From Candidatus Latescibacterota bacterium (lineage in GTDB: Bacteria > Latescibacterota > UBA2968 > UBA8231), in the NCBI GenBank assembly GCA_963422735.1, contig OY730476.1:2304001-2368000 (forward strand): a stretch of 64,000 bases of DNA, read 5' to 3'. Both the position numbers and the translations under genes were made by a program. Under the pieces are notes generated by a model that saw only the letters and a list, made by a program, of their open reading frames with translations, was not told the origin of the DNA and did not search any database. This document shows, piece after piece, positions 1 to 8,633 of this stretch (position 1 is the stretch's first letter; the number at the start of each line of letters is the position of its first letter).

Positions 1-1
1 T

Positions 2-166
2 CTGGCTACCAAAGCCGATATTGCCGAACTCAAAGCCGATTTAGGCAAGGATTTTACTGGTCAGTTATAGGAAGTCAAAAAGAGCTTGAACCGATTACAA
101 GGGGGCATAGCGATATTGGGTATTATGGTGATTATCCTTCAATTGTGGATCAAGTTTACTAGCTAA
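2..166 (+). pseudogene. 3' part of DUF1640/CCDC90-like coiled-coil protein with in-frame stop
   Basis: Reads LATKADIAELKADLGKDFTGQL*EVKKSLNRLQGGIAILGIMVIILQLWIKFTS*. LATKAD motif and C-terminal hydrophobic helix; TAG at 68-70; truncated by the window edge. Confidence 0.5.
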
Positions 167-279
167 AAATTCCATACCTAAGCTAGAATTACAAAAGACG
201 CCTTCGGCCCTAATTGGTCGCCTCCACGCCGTAAGTCTGATTCAGTGGCTCGGTGTGCGCTGGATCAACCGCTCAACAC

Positions 280-312
280 AAACGCCCTGCTCCCAAAGGA
301 AGCAGGGCGTTT
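280..312 (-). terminator. Intrinsic terminator hairpin downstream of 341..1243
   Basis: AAACGCCCTGCT (280-291) pairs with AGCAGGGCGTTT (301-312), 28 bp past the stop codon. Confidence 0.7.
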
Positions 313-340
313 CCATACCCTGAAGAAGCTGTCGTAGCTC

Positions 341-1243
341 TTAGTAAGCGGCCTTGATCTGGCCCCAACTCACGTCCTCAACGGCGGTCATAGACGCCAG
401 CGAGGGCTCCATCTCGGCCAGCACCACGTCGTTGGTAGCCGTGCAGCAGCTTTCCGGCGACATAGTCCAGAACCCCTGATAGCTTTCAAGCGCACACTCG
501 GTGCAGGGCTCGTCGAAGTCGCCCACGGTCACGGACGTGTGGATGATCTCATTTTCCGCGAGGTCGAAAACCACAGCTTGATCGGGGGTAGCCGACGCGT
601 CGTTGGGCAGCGAGGTGATCGGCGTGAGGGCCAATTCGTAATAATAAGTGCTCTCGCCGAACTGCTCGCCGTCGTAGCTCCAGCCAAAGTCCACCCATTC
701 GCTGCCATCTACCAGCCACTCAAGTGCGCTCACCGGGCGGTAGAACTGATAGGCCCCTTCCACCGGCGGCACAGCCCACTTGTAACTGAAGTTGTTGGCC
801 GGCTCGCCTTCGAGGTTGTGCTCCTCGGTCGGCGTGTGGTCCGGGTTGACCTCTACTTCCCAAGCGTCGTCCTGCCAAAAGGCCGAGGGGTTCTCGCGGT
901 CCAGGTTGTGAACATTGTCGAACACCTCAGTCATGTAGTAAAGCTTGTTCGCGCTGTCATTCCAGCCGATGAGATGGCGGATGTTAATGTCGCTGACATC
1001 AATCTCGCCGCGGCCCACGGGCTGGATGTCGGCCACCGGCGAGTAGAGGCGGTCGTTGCGGATCGTGTACGGATCAATCGGCACGACATCCCAATCCGAC
1101 AGGTCACCGTCCATGGTGGGGACGAGATTGTCGGGGAACTGCACGGCGAAGTAGAGCTCGCCGGGAGGCGCGTGGCCAAAGGACGTACCGCACAAGCCCA
1201 TGACCAAAGCTGTGGCTAAGATGAATTTGGTCCGCTCTTGCAT
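341..1243 (-). CDS. Secreted acidic protein, CBM9/DOMON-like, with C-terminal 'TAVEDVSWGQIK' motif
   Basis: Signal peptide ending SFG|H; PTMDGDLSDW, DNVHN and WQDDAWEV motifs resemble CBM9-like folds; AGGAGG RBS upstream. Confidence 0.7.
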   Translation of the reverse strand: MQERTKFILATALVMGLCGTSFGHAPPGELYFAVQFPDNLVPTMDGDLSDWDVVPIDPYTIRNDRLYSPVADIQPVGRGEIDVSDINIRHLIGWNDSANKLYYMTEVFDNVHNLDRENPSAFWQDDAWEVEVNPDHTPTEEHNLEGEPANNFSYKWAVPPVEGAYQFYRPVSALEWLVDGSEWVDFGWSYDGEQFGESTYYYELALTPITSLPNDASATPDQAVVFDLAENEIIHTSVTVGDFDEPCTECALESYQGFWTMSPESCCTATNDVVLAEMEPSLASMTAVEDVSWGQIKAAY

Positions 1244-1359
1244 AGCGAAAAACCCTCCTTAGGAGAAATGAGAAATGCTGTATAATAAATGTGTACAAAA
1301 ATACAGCGCGCTCGGCACGCGCTTAATGTCCCAATGAATAAGCAACTCAACGCCGTTTG

Positions 1360-3480
1360 TCAATAAGCGACCGAGAGGATGCCAGCGCGTTCCTCTTTCG
1401 CTTCTAATTGCAGCCGCCAGATATAGGTCCCCGGCGGTACGAGCTGCCCAGCGGCGTCGCGGCCGTCCCAGCGATGGACGAATTCTCCGCTGCGAGTGGT
1501 GATAGGTGGCAGCTCGACTACGAGCTGGCTGGCGAGATTGTAGATCGCTAGTCGCACCGGGCGGCTAGCCGTGACTTCGCGCAACTTGTAGGCGATTTCC
1601 AAGGTCTCGTTCAGTCCGTCGCCATTCGGCGTGAGCGGGTTGGAAGTCACTGCAATATCGACGAGGAGCCGGCCGCCGACGGGCGTGTTGACGGCGAGGG
1701 CGTCGCCCGAAAAGCGAAAGGTGGCGTTGCCCGGCCGAATTTGCTGTTTGATTTGGTCGGGGTCGTTGCTATCAAAGGCCCAGCCCGAAAATTCAGTGCC
1801 AAAGCGCAAGACCGGCACCACAAAGCGCACTTCGAGTTGTTTGAAGCTGTCGTCTTCGCCTCGCAGGCGAGGGAAGGACACCACGAAGCGGTCGGCTTGG
1901 ATATCTGGGACAAAGGCGTTTAAGTCGAGTTCGGTGCCGTCGCGTTTGACCGCAGAGACGGCTTGGACTTGGGCGTGGGTGAGGATCTCCAGCCGGTCAA
2001 ACCCGGTGTCATCGGCACTGAATTCCGGTCGGACGATGTACGTAAATTCTGTGGGCGCGAAGGAATTGACGGCAATAGGCCACACCTCGCCGAGGATTTC
2101 GCGGGCGGCCGGTGCATCGCCGAATTGGAGCGCGAATGAGCGAATGCGGGGCGCGGTGGTAAAGGTGGAAAACAGGCGAAAGGCAAACTGGATGTAGCGG
2201 CTCGGCCCGGGCGACAAAAGCGGCGTACCGTCGCGCCATGCCTCAGCCGGTGCGTCGCTGTCGCGCAAGCCCGCGGCAAAGTCGTAGGGCGGCGACCAGA
2301 AGCTCCAGTTGTCGGGGTCGTACACGGTGGGCAGGCGGCCGGACGGGTCGATCTTTTCGTAGGCGGCCAAGGTGATGGGGCGGATGTCGCCGTTAATGTT
2401 TTCGGCGAAGTAGAGGCTGGGATCGGAGGTGTCGCCAGTGCGGGTGCGGACCTCGATGCGAGTGCCCTTGGGCACGTCGGCGTCCCAGCGGATTTTGCTC
2501 CAGTTGATCGGCTGGCCAAAGTCGAGGATCTGGGAGACGAGGACGGTCTCCTCGACAAAGCCCTCGCCGTACACCTCGAATTCGGCGACCTCCCAGTCGC
2601 GCAAGGGAAAGGCTTGGGCCGTGATCCAGCGGATCGACTCGGTGGGAAAGCGCAGTTCGACTACTGGATCGAGATTTTCGCGGTTGGATTCGAGCACAGT
2701 GAGCTGGGGATCTTGGTTGCGGACCCAGTGCAGGCCGTAGAGATTGGCACTGACCTTGTCACAGGGGCTTTTGGCAAAGCGCGCACTATTGTCGCCGACG
2801 CGGATTTCATACCAAGCGAGAAAGTTGCTGGCAAAGCTATCTATGCCAAAGGTTTCCAAGGGTGGATGAGGCGCGGTGAATTCGTTGATGAGCAATAGGT
2901 CGTCCTCTTGGCCGAGGCGAGGAAAGAAGCGGATGCGGTTGACGGGCACGGCCGCACGAAAATCTATGACCACGGAGTTTTTCCAGCCTTCGCCAGTAAC
3001 CCCTGCGATGATCGTGCCGCCGCTGAAGATGCCTTGGCCTGGGGTGAAGCGGCGAAAGTGGGCGGTAGTCACATCGCCATCGAATTGCTTCTTGACTACG
3101 GGAGTATGGTTGTCGACGGCACCACAGCCATCGGTGGTCTGAGCCTCGCCGCCGATATAGGGCAGGGGAATCTTGATGGTCGAAGAATTGGGATCGGTCA
3201 GGGTCAAGTTGACCGATGGGTCGATGAAGCGCGGCCTTATAGAGTTGTCGGCAAAGTTGATGAGGGTGTCGGCGGCTACGCCGTGGGGCGTGACGCCCAC
3301 GGGTTCGGTGCTTACAAGCTGGCCTTCGGAATCAAAGAGCCAGTACTCGCCAGCCCCTTCTTCAGACAGCAGGCTGGGCCAAGGGTTACCGTCGGTTCCC
3401 CCGATGCGAAATTCCCCGCGGCTATGCGCCGGCGCAATCGACAAAACGAGCAGGAAACACGAAACAATGATGCGCTGCAT
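1360..3480 (-). CDS. Secreted discoidin/Ig-like protein with C-terminal FlgD-like domain
   Basis: Signal peptide; SQILDFG..WSKIRW, RTRTG and WSFWSPP motifs; C-terminus NPLTPNGDGLNE...WDGRD...PPGTY...ILSVAY. Confidence 0.8.
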   Translation of the reverse strand: MQRIIVSCFLLVLSIAPAHSRGEFRIGGTDGNPWPSLLSEEGAGEYWLFDSEGQLVSTEPVGVTPHGVAADTLINFADNSIRPRFIDPSVNLTLTDPNSSTIKIPLPYIGGEAQTTDGCGAVDNHTPVVKKQFDGDVTTAHFRRFTPGQGIFSGGTIIAGVTGEGWKNSVVIDFRAAVPVNRIRFFPRLGQEDDLLLINEFTAPHPPLETFGIDSFASNFLAWYEIRVGDNSARFAKSPCDKVSANLYGLHWVRNQDPQLTVLESNRENLDPVVELRFPTESIRWITAQAFPLRDWEVAEFEVYGEGFVEETVLVSQILDFGQPINWSKIRWDADVPKGTRIEVRTRTGDTSDPSLYFAENINGDIRPITLAAYEKIDPSGRLPTVYDPDNWSFWSPPYDFAAGLRDSDAPAEAWRDGTPLLSPGPSRYIQFAFRLFSTFTTAPRIRSFALQFGDAPAAREILGEVWPIAVNSFAPTEFTYIVRPEFSADDTGFDRLEILTHAQVQAVSAVKRDGTELDLNAFVPDIQADRFVVSFPRLRGEDDSFKQLEVRFVVPVLRFGTEFSGWAFDSNDPDQIKQQIRPGNATFRFSGDALAVNTPVGGRLLVDIAVTSNPLTPNGDGLNETLEIAYKLREVTASRPVRLAIYNLASQLVVELPPITTRSGEFVHRWDGRDAAGQLVPPGTYIWRLQLEAKEERAGILSVAY

Positions 3481-3723
3481 GGGTTTCTTCCTTGAGATAT
3501 CGGTAATATAAAGAAAGAAGAGGGCGGTTTAGCAAGCTTGGATATGCACATGGCGGGCCGCGTACAACTTGATTTATGCTTGCTCTTTGGTTGTTTTATG
3601 CGGCAAGCAGAGCGGCTGCCGTGCCTTCCGCGCTGGCTCCCCGTAGGCACGATGTTTCCTGAGTAGCCACCTCCACGCGCCGGGGTCTTGTATCTTGGCC
3701 CACACCCGAAGGAGATCGAGACC

Positions 3724-3978
3724 ATGAGCGAACACTCCGAACTTCGGCAAGGCCGAGTCGAAGGCATCCTTGAGCAGGTCGCCGCCCGACTGGAGAGCAT
3801 GGAAGCCACGCACCGGCAAGAGCTATCCAATTTGCGGCAAGACATGCGGCAGGACATGGCAACCATCCACCACCGCCTTGAGACTATTGAGATCAACCAC
3901 CGCCGAGACTTCCGCTTGTTGGGCGTGATGAGCGCACAAATCGTCCTTGCGCTGAAGCGGTGGCAATTCGCCGGCTAA
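3724..3978 (+). CDS. Small coiled-coil hypothetical protein
   Basis: AAGGAG RBS before the ATG at 3724; heptad-like LRQDMRQDM; hydrophobic C-terminus. Confidence 0.5.
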   Translation: MSEHSELRQGRVEGILEQVAARLESMEATHRQELSNLRQDMRQDMATIHHRLETIEINHRRDFRLLGVMSAQIVLALKRWQFAG

Positions 3979-3985
3979 ACACCCC

Positions 3986-4020
3986 CACTAACCATTAGCC
4001 ACTGACTCCTGACCACTGAG
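3986..4020. repeat. Five degenerate tandem heptamers (consensus CACTGAC), STRR-like
   Basis: CACTAAC CATTAGC CACTGAC TCCTGAC CACTGAG. Confidence 0.55.
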
Positions 4021-4029
4021 GAAATTCTT

Positions 4030-6114
4030 ATGCAAGCGCATTGTGTCGCCGCTAGCCTCGTCTTAGTGCTCTGGCTGCCGCGCGGCAGTTTGGCTCTCGA
4101 CGCGGTCTCGATTGGGGAGGGCGGCGACTTGGACTGGCGGGGCGAAGGCGAGGCGGCCGTCATTGCCATTGACGCTGAGCACCGCTCGCCCTTAAACCCC
4201 AACAACCTGCTGGTGGGCAACGCGCCCGGCGACTTAATCGAATTCGCACGCGACGATTTTCCCCACAGTATCCTGCCCCTGCGCATTGCCGAGGGGGAGA
4301 ACGTGGCCGTCGGCACCATTGAGCGCGGCGGCGACATCGAGTCTCCCAATGTCTTCGACTTCAGCGGCACGTTTAAGCCGCTCGACTTGGAGATGATGCT
4401 AAAGGAATTGCTCTCGGACGAGCCGGGCGGCGAGTTGTTGGCCTTTGAGCGCAAGAATCAGAACTCCCTCGGCATCCTAGTCCTGCTCAATTTAGGGGCG
4501 CGCTTCGGGGTGGAGCGGATACGCATCTATCCGCGCAACACGGTCGTGTCCTCGCCCTCGACCCCCTTCCAAAACGACTACCTGCGGGCGTATGAGTTGT
4601 TTACCAACGACGGCCTGAACCTGACCGGCGAGAACACGCCCATTTGGGATCCGCTGATCGCTGAGACCGACAACCAAGTCGCGGTTATCGACGTACCGCT
4701 CGACCCGCCGCGCTACGTCCAGCACCTGCGCTTGCGGGCGACGTCGCCGGTGGACTTTGAGATCGACGAGATCGAGATTTTCGGCAAGGGCTTCCTGTCG
4801 CGGGCCCAGTACGTGTCGGACATTTTCGACGCTGGGCAACCAGCCGTGTGGGGCACGCTGCGCTGGGTGGAAGAGGTGTTGGGCGATCCACGCTTCTCCA
4901 GCGCGCAGATCCGCACGCGCACGGGCACGGACACCTCGCCCTTTGTGTACACCCGCCGGTTGCGCGGCAAGCAAGACGCCGAGGATATTCCTTTTTCGCT
5001 GGAAAACCCCGGGGAGGAGATGGGCCTAGCCGAGTACCGGATCTTTCCCCAAAAGGCCGGTCAGACCCCCATTACCGACGCTGCGGGCCGCGAGTGGATG
5101 GCCGGGGCCGTAACCGACGACCTGATCAATTGGAGTCCTTTTAGCACACCTTATCCGGCGGACGCGGCCAACGGCCCGGGCCTGCCCATTGTTTCGCCCA
5201 GCCCGCGTCGCTACATGCAGTTCGAGGTAACTTTTAATAGCAGCGACCTAGAGGCGGCGCGAGTGATCAAGTCGCTGAGCTTCGACCTGTTGACGCCGCC
5301 GTTTGCCGACACCTTGGTCGGCGAGGTCTTTCCGCGCGAGGTAGAGGTATCTGAGGAAGTGTCCTTTACCTTTGCCGTGCGCGCCGCCATGGGCACGGAC
5401 GGCCTACGCGGCTTCGACGCCATTGAGATCGACACGCCGACGCGAGTGTCGAGCATCGACGCAGTGCAGATTATCAATGGCGATGGCGCGGTCGTGGCCG
5501 AGCACCAGAACCTCAACGCGGCCAGCGGGGACTTCGCCATTGCCGAGGTTGCCGACGACCGCTTTTCCGTGCGCTTCCCCGCGGTGACCGACGACCAGAC
5601 GCAGGTGCATATTCGCTTCCAGACCAACGTGCTGACGTACAGCACTAACTTCACTGCTGCGGTGCGGCTCACCACCGATCCGGGTGCCGCCCAAGTCATC
5701 GACCCGGGCAATGTGACCTTTTTGGGCGCAGGGGACGAGGGCGCCTTTTCCGGCACCACGGTACTCAGCCCGTCCGTATTGATCGAGGGGCAGCTATTGG
5801 ACCAAGTGGAGGCTGCGCCCAATCCCTTTACCCCCAATGGCGACGGCATCAACGACGAGGCGATCATCCACTACAACCTGCTGTCGCTGAGTACCTCGCG
5901 GCCGGTTGAGGTCGCGCTCTACGACTTGAGCGGTCGGCGCGTGCGCATCCTCTTCGCCGGCGAAGAGGCCAACGGCCGCTACACAGACAAAGTGTGGGAC
6001 GGTCGCGACGATCAAGGCCAAGCAGTTCCTCCGGGCCTGTACGTGGCCCGCATCTTTGTCTCCGGGGATTCGGGCGACGCCGAGCAGAGCCGCGTCGTGG
6101 CCGTCGCGTACTAA
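4030..6114 (+). CDS. Secreted discoidin/Ig-like protein with C-terminal FlgD-like domain
   Basis: Signal peptide; YVSDIFDAG..WGTLRW, RTRTG and WSPFS motifs; PNPFTPNGDGINDE...WDGRDD...PPGLY...VVAVAY. Confidence 0.8.
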   Translation: MQAHCVAASLVLVLWLPRGSLALDAVSIGEGGDLDWRGEGEAAVIAIDAEHRSPLNPNNLLVGNAPGDLIEFARDDFPHSILPLRIAEGENVAVGTIERGGDIESPNVFDFSGTFKPLDLEMMLKELLSDEPGGELLAFERKNQNSLGILVLLNLGARFGVERIRIYPRNTVVSSPSTPFQNDYLRAYELFTNDGLNLTGENTPIWDPLIAETDNQVAVIDVPLDPPRYVQHLRLRATSPVDFEIDEIEIFGKGFLSRAQYVSDIFDAGQPAVWGTLRWVEEVLGDPRFSSAQIRTRTGTDTSPFVYTRRLRGKQDAEDIPFSLENPGEEMGLAEYRIFPQKAGQTPITDAAGREWMAGAVTDDLINWSPFSTPYPADAANGPGLPIVSPSPRRYMQFEVTFNSSDLEAARVIKSLSFDLLTPPFADTLVGEVFPREVEVSEEVSFTFAVRAAMGTDGLRGFDAIEIDTPTRVSSIDAVQIINGDGAVVAEHQNLNAASGDFAIAEVADDRFSVRFPAVTDDQTQVHIRFQTNVLTYSTNFTAAVRLTTDPGAAQVIDPGNVTFLGAGDEGAFSGTTVLSPSVLIEGQLLDQVEAAPNPFTPNGDGINDEAIIHYNLLSLSTSRPVEVALYDLSGRRVRILFAGEEANGRYTDKVWDGRDDQGQAVPPGLYVARIFVSGDSGDAEQSRVVAVAY

Positions 6115-6142
6115 GAAGCTGCCTGAAAACCCCTCGCGGCCG

Positions 6143-6190
6143 GTCACGCCTGCTCCACCCTGCCTTTAGGCGGGACAGGCGCGGTGAAGT
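6143..6190. repeat. 25-bp palindromic unit with a second, inverted copy nested in its loop
   Basis: GTCACGCCT[GCTCCACCCTGCCTTTAGGCGGGAC]AGGCGCGGTGAAGT. The outer part matches 59471-59494; the inner part matches 48432-48456 at 23/25. Confidence 0.8.
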
Positions 6191-6318
6191 GCGCGGCTGC
6201 GAAAGCAAGAGCCGCATTCAGGTGATTTGATAGATCAGGGCGCAAGACCCAAAAAAAAGAACAGCCCGAAAACTGCCCAGCGGCTCGCGTTATGCATCGA
6301 GAAGTCGCTTTCTGCGGA

Positions 6319-8532
6319 TCAACCCCCGAAAATTTGTTCGATCTGGGCTTCCATTTCCCGGCGCCCCACCTTTTCCATGCGGTAGGCGCGTTGGCTGCGG
6401 CTAAAGGCCGCGAATTGGGCGTCCGCGTCGGCTTGGCGTCCGGTGCGTTGGTAGAGGTGCCCGAGGAACAGATGGGCTTGATAGTCGCGGGGAGCGATCT
6501 GGAGCAAATGCTCAAACAGGGGCACGGCCTCTGCATAGCGCCCTTGGCGGGCGTAGAGCATACCCAAGCTCCAATGGGGATGCGCGGCCTTGGGGTCAAG
6601 CGCAATAGCGCGGCGCAAGAGTTTTTCGGCCTCCTCTAGCTGGCCCGTTTGCCCGAGAGCCATGCCCGTTCCTTGTCCGAGTTGGATGAGCAGGTCGGCA
6701 AGGCGGGTCGGGTACTCGGGGGTGTGCGGCTCGCGCCGCACGAGCTGCTCAAACTCGGCGATGGCCTCGCGGTTTTGCCCCTGCTCCGCGTACAGGCGGG
6801 CCAGTTGATAGCGCACGAGCGTCGAGTCTGGGTTCAGTTTGAGCGTACGGCTATAAGATTGGGCAGCGCGCTGGGGTTGGCCTGTTATCAAGAGGGCGTA
6901 GCCGAGGCCGCCGTGCGCGGCCGCCCAGTTGGGACGCGCCGCTGTGACCTCGGAGTACGCGGCCGCGGCCTCGTCGTAGCGCCGAGCGAGTAGCGCGGTG
7001 TGGCCAAGGAGAAAGCGCACGTTCGCGTCGTTGGGCTGCGTTTTAAGGTAGTGCCTATAGAGGTCAATAGCCTTGCCGTAGCGCTTGGCCTCGCCGTGGA
7101 GCGCGGCGAGCGCGAGGAGTGGCTCGGCGAAGTTGGGGTCGCGGGCAATGGCGCGGCGGTAGTGGCGGGCGGCGTGGGCCGGCATGTCCCGTTCCTCGTA
7201 GGCGTAGCCGAGATAGTAATGCTCGTGGGCATTGCCTTCTTGGTCCATCGCGCCCGTGGCCGCATTGCAAAAGACTAGGAGGGCGGCAAAGGCGGAGAGA
7301 GCGGGCCAAGGCCGGTGCCACAGGGTACACACCCCACAAGCCGCAAACAGCAGCAGCACCGGGACAGCCGGCAGGCGATAGCGCCCGGTAACAAAAAACA
7401 GGACTACGGAAAGCGCGTAGCAAGCCACAAAGAGCGCGAGCAAGCGCCCCTCGGGATGCCCGGAGGAACGCAGAAAGGCAAAAAGCCCCACTAGGGCCAG
7501 CGGGGTGACCAAGCCGAAGGGAAACGCCAGCCCCTTTTTCCACAGCAGGATCGACAAGAGCGAAGAGTCGTTGCGGGCGAAGTAGAGGTCGCGGTTGCGC
7601 GGGATTTCGTCGCCGCGCAGGAACAGGTAGCCCTTGTAGGCCAACAAGCCCAAAAAATCGAGCGGCTCGGAAGTTATGTATTGCCAAGATTGGGCAAAGA
7701 AATAGCGCGACTTGGCCGAAGGCTGCTCAATGCCGGCGCGGCGCTCGGGCATTTCCACCAGCTCGGCCCAAGCCCGTCCCGGGCGAATGCGGGTCGTTTG
7801 CGCGTAGTCGGCGTTGTTGCCGATGTAAAAGTTGATGCCCGCGTTGTGCGAGATGAGCACTAGATCGCCGCCGACCGCCCAGTTGCGATACGCGACCGGC
7901 GCAATGACTAGCGCACAGCCCAAAAGCAGGAGAGCCGGCGGGCGGAGCCGCCGCTGCCGCCAGTAGAGATAGCCCAACAGCACGGGCGCGAAGAGCAGCA
8001 CATTGGCCACGGCAAGTGCGGACAGGCCCAGTAGCAAGCCGGCTGCCAACGCACGCGCCCAGCCGCCCGCGCCGCCCGCGAGCAACAGCACGAGCAAGTT
8101 GAGGCAACAAGCCAGCAGGGTTGGCAGCAACTCGCCGCCAAAGTAGATGAGGGGACCGTACAACGCCGCGGCAAAACCCGCGCCTAGGCCGACTCCCGTG
8201 CCAAAGACCCGGTGTCCCAATAGGCAGATGAGGACGCAGACGAACGCGCCGATGACGGCTTGGATGAGTCGCAGCAGGTAGAGGTCGTCCCCGGCGAGGG
8301 CAAAGAGGACGCCGATGAGCACGGGGTAGAGCGGCGGTTGCCAGAAGGGCGCGGGCTGACCCGCAAAGGAGACGTCGCTTAGGTAGCGCGCTTCCTCGGT
8401 ATAGGTGCGGGCATCGACGACGGGGGCGGTGAAAAGCGGGCTATCGCGTATTTCGTGGAGGTAGTAAAGGCGCGCTGAGAGAGCGAGCGCGAAGACGGCC
8501 ACAACCCCCATGAACATCCAGCGTCTAGCCAT
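6319..8532 (-). CDS. GT-C fold (GT39/PMT_2-like) membrane glycosyltransferase with C-terminal TPR repeats
   Basis: N-terminal TM then D-A-x-x-Y, PFWQPPLYP, many TM helices, NAGINFYIGN, FFVTGRYRLP; TPR repeats in the last ~300 aa. Confidence 0.8.
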   Translation of the reverse strand: MARRWMFMGVVAVFALALSARLYYLHEIRDSPLFTAPVVDARTYTEEARYLSDVSFAGQPAPFWQPPLYPVLIGVLFALAGDDLYLLRLIQAVIGAFVCVLICLLGHRVFGTGVGLGAGFAAALYGPLIYFGGELLPTLLACCLNLLVLLLAGGAGGWARALAAGLLLGLSALAVANVLLFAPVLLGYLYWRQRRLRPPALLLLGCALVIAPVAYRNWAVGGDLVLISHNAGINFYIGNNADYAQTTRIRPGRAWAELVEMPERRAGIEQPSAKSRYFFAQSWQYITSEPLDFLGLLAYKGYLFLRGDEIPRNRDLYFARNDSSLLSILLWKKGLAFPFGLVTPLALVGLFAFLRSSGHPEGRLLALFVACYALSVVLFFVTGRYRLPAVPVLLLFAACGVCTLWHRPWPALSAFAALLVFCNAATGAMDQEGNAHEHYYLGYAYEERDMPAHAARHYRRAIARDPNFAEPLLALAALHGEAKRYGKAIDLYRHYLKTQPNDANVRFLLGHTALLARRYDEAAAAYSEVTAARPNWAAAHGGLGYALLITGQPQRAAQSYSRTLKLNPDSTLVRYQLARLYAEQGQNREAIAEFEQLVRREPHTPEYPTRLADLLIQLGQGTGMALGQTGQLEEAEKLLRRAIALDPKAAHPHWSLGMLYARQGRYAEAVPLFEHLLQIAPRDYQAHLFLGHLYQRTGRQADADAQFAAFSRSQRAYRMEKVGRREMEAQIEQIFGG

Positions 8533-8633
8533 ATAGCAATCCTACATCATTCATAAGATGATCCGCAGATGGACTCAGACAGACGCAGAATAGTAGGAAC
8601 AAGACGATCTACCGCTGCCGGATTGCTATATCA

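Noticed and set aside
68-70. TAG recoding (alternative genetic code or pyrrolysine), also suggested by TAG at 16825 and 35437
   Set aside because: TAG ends several intact genes here, and the internal cases lie in or next to regions with other lesions.
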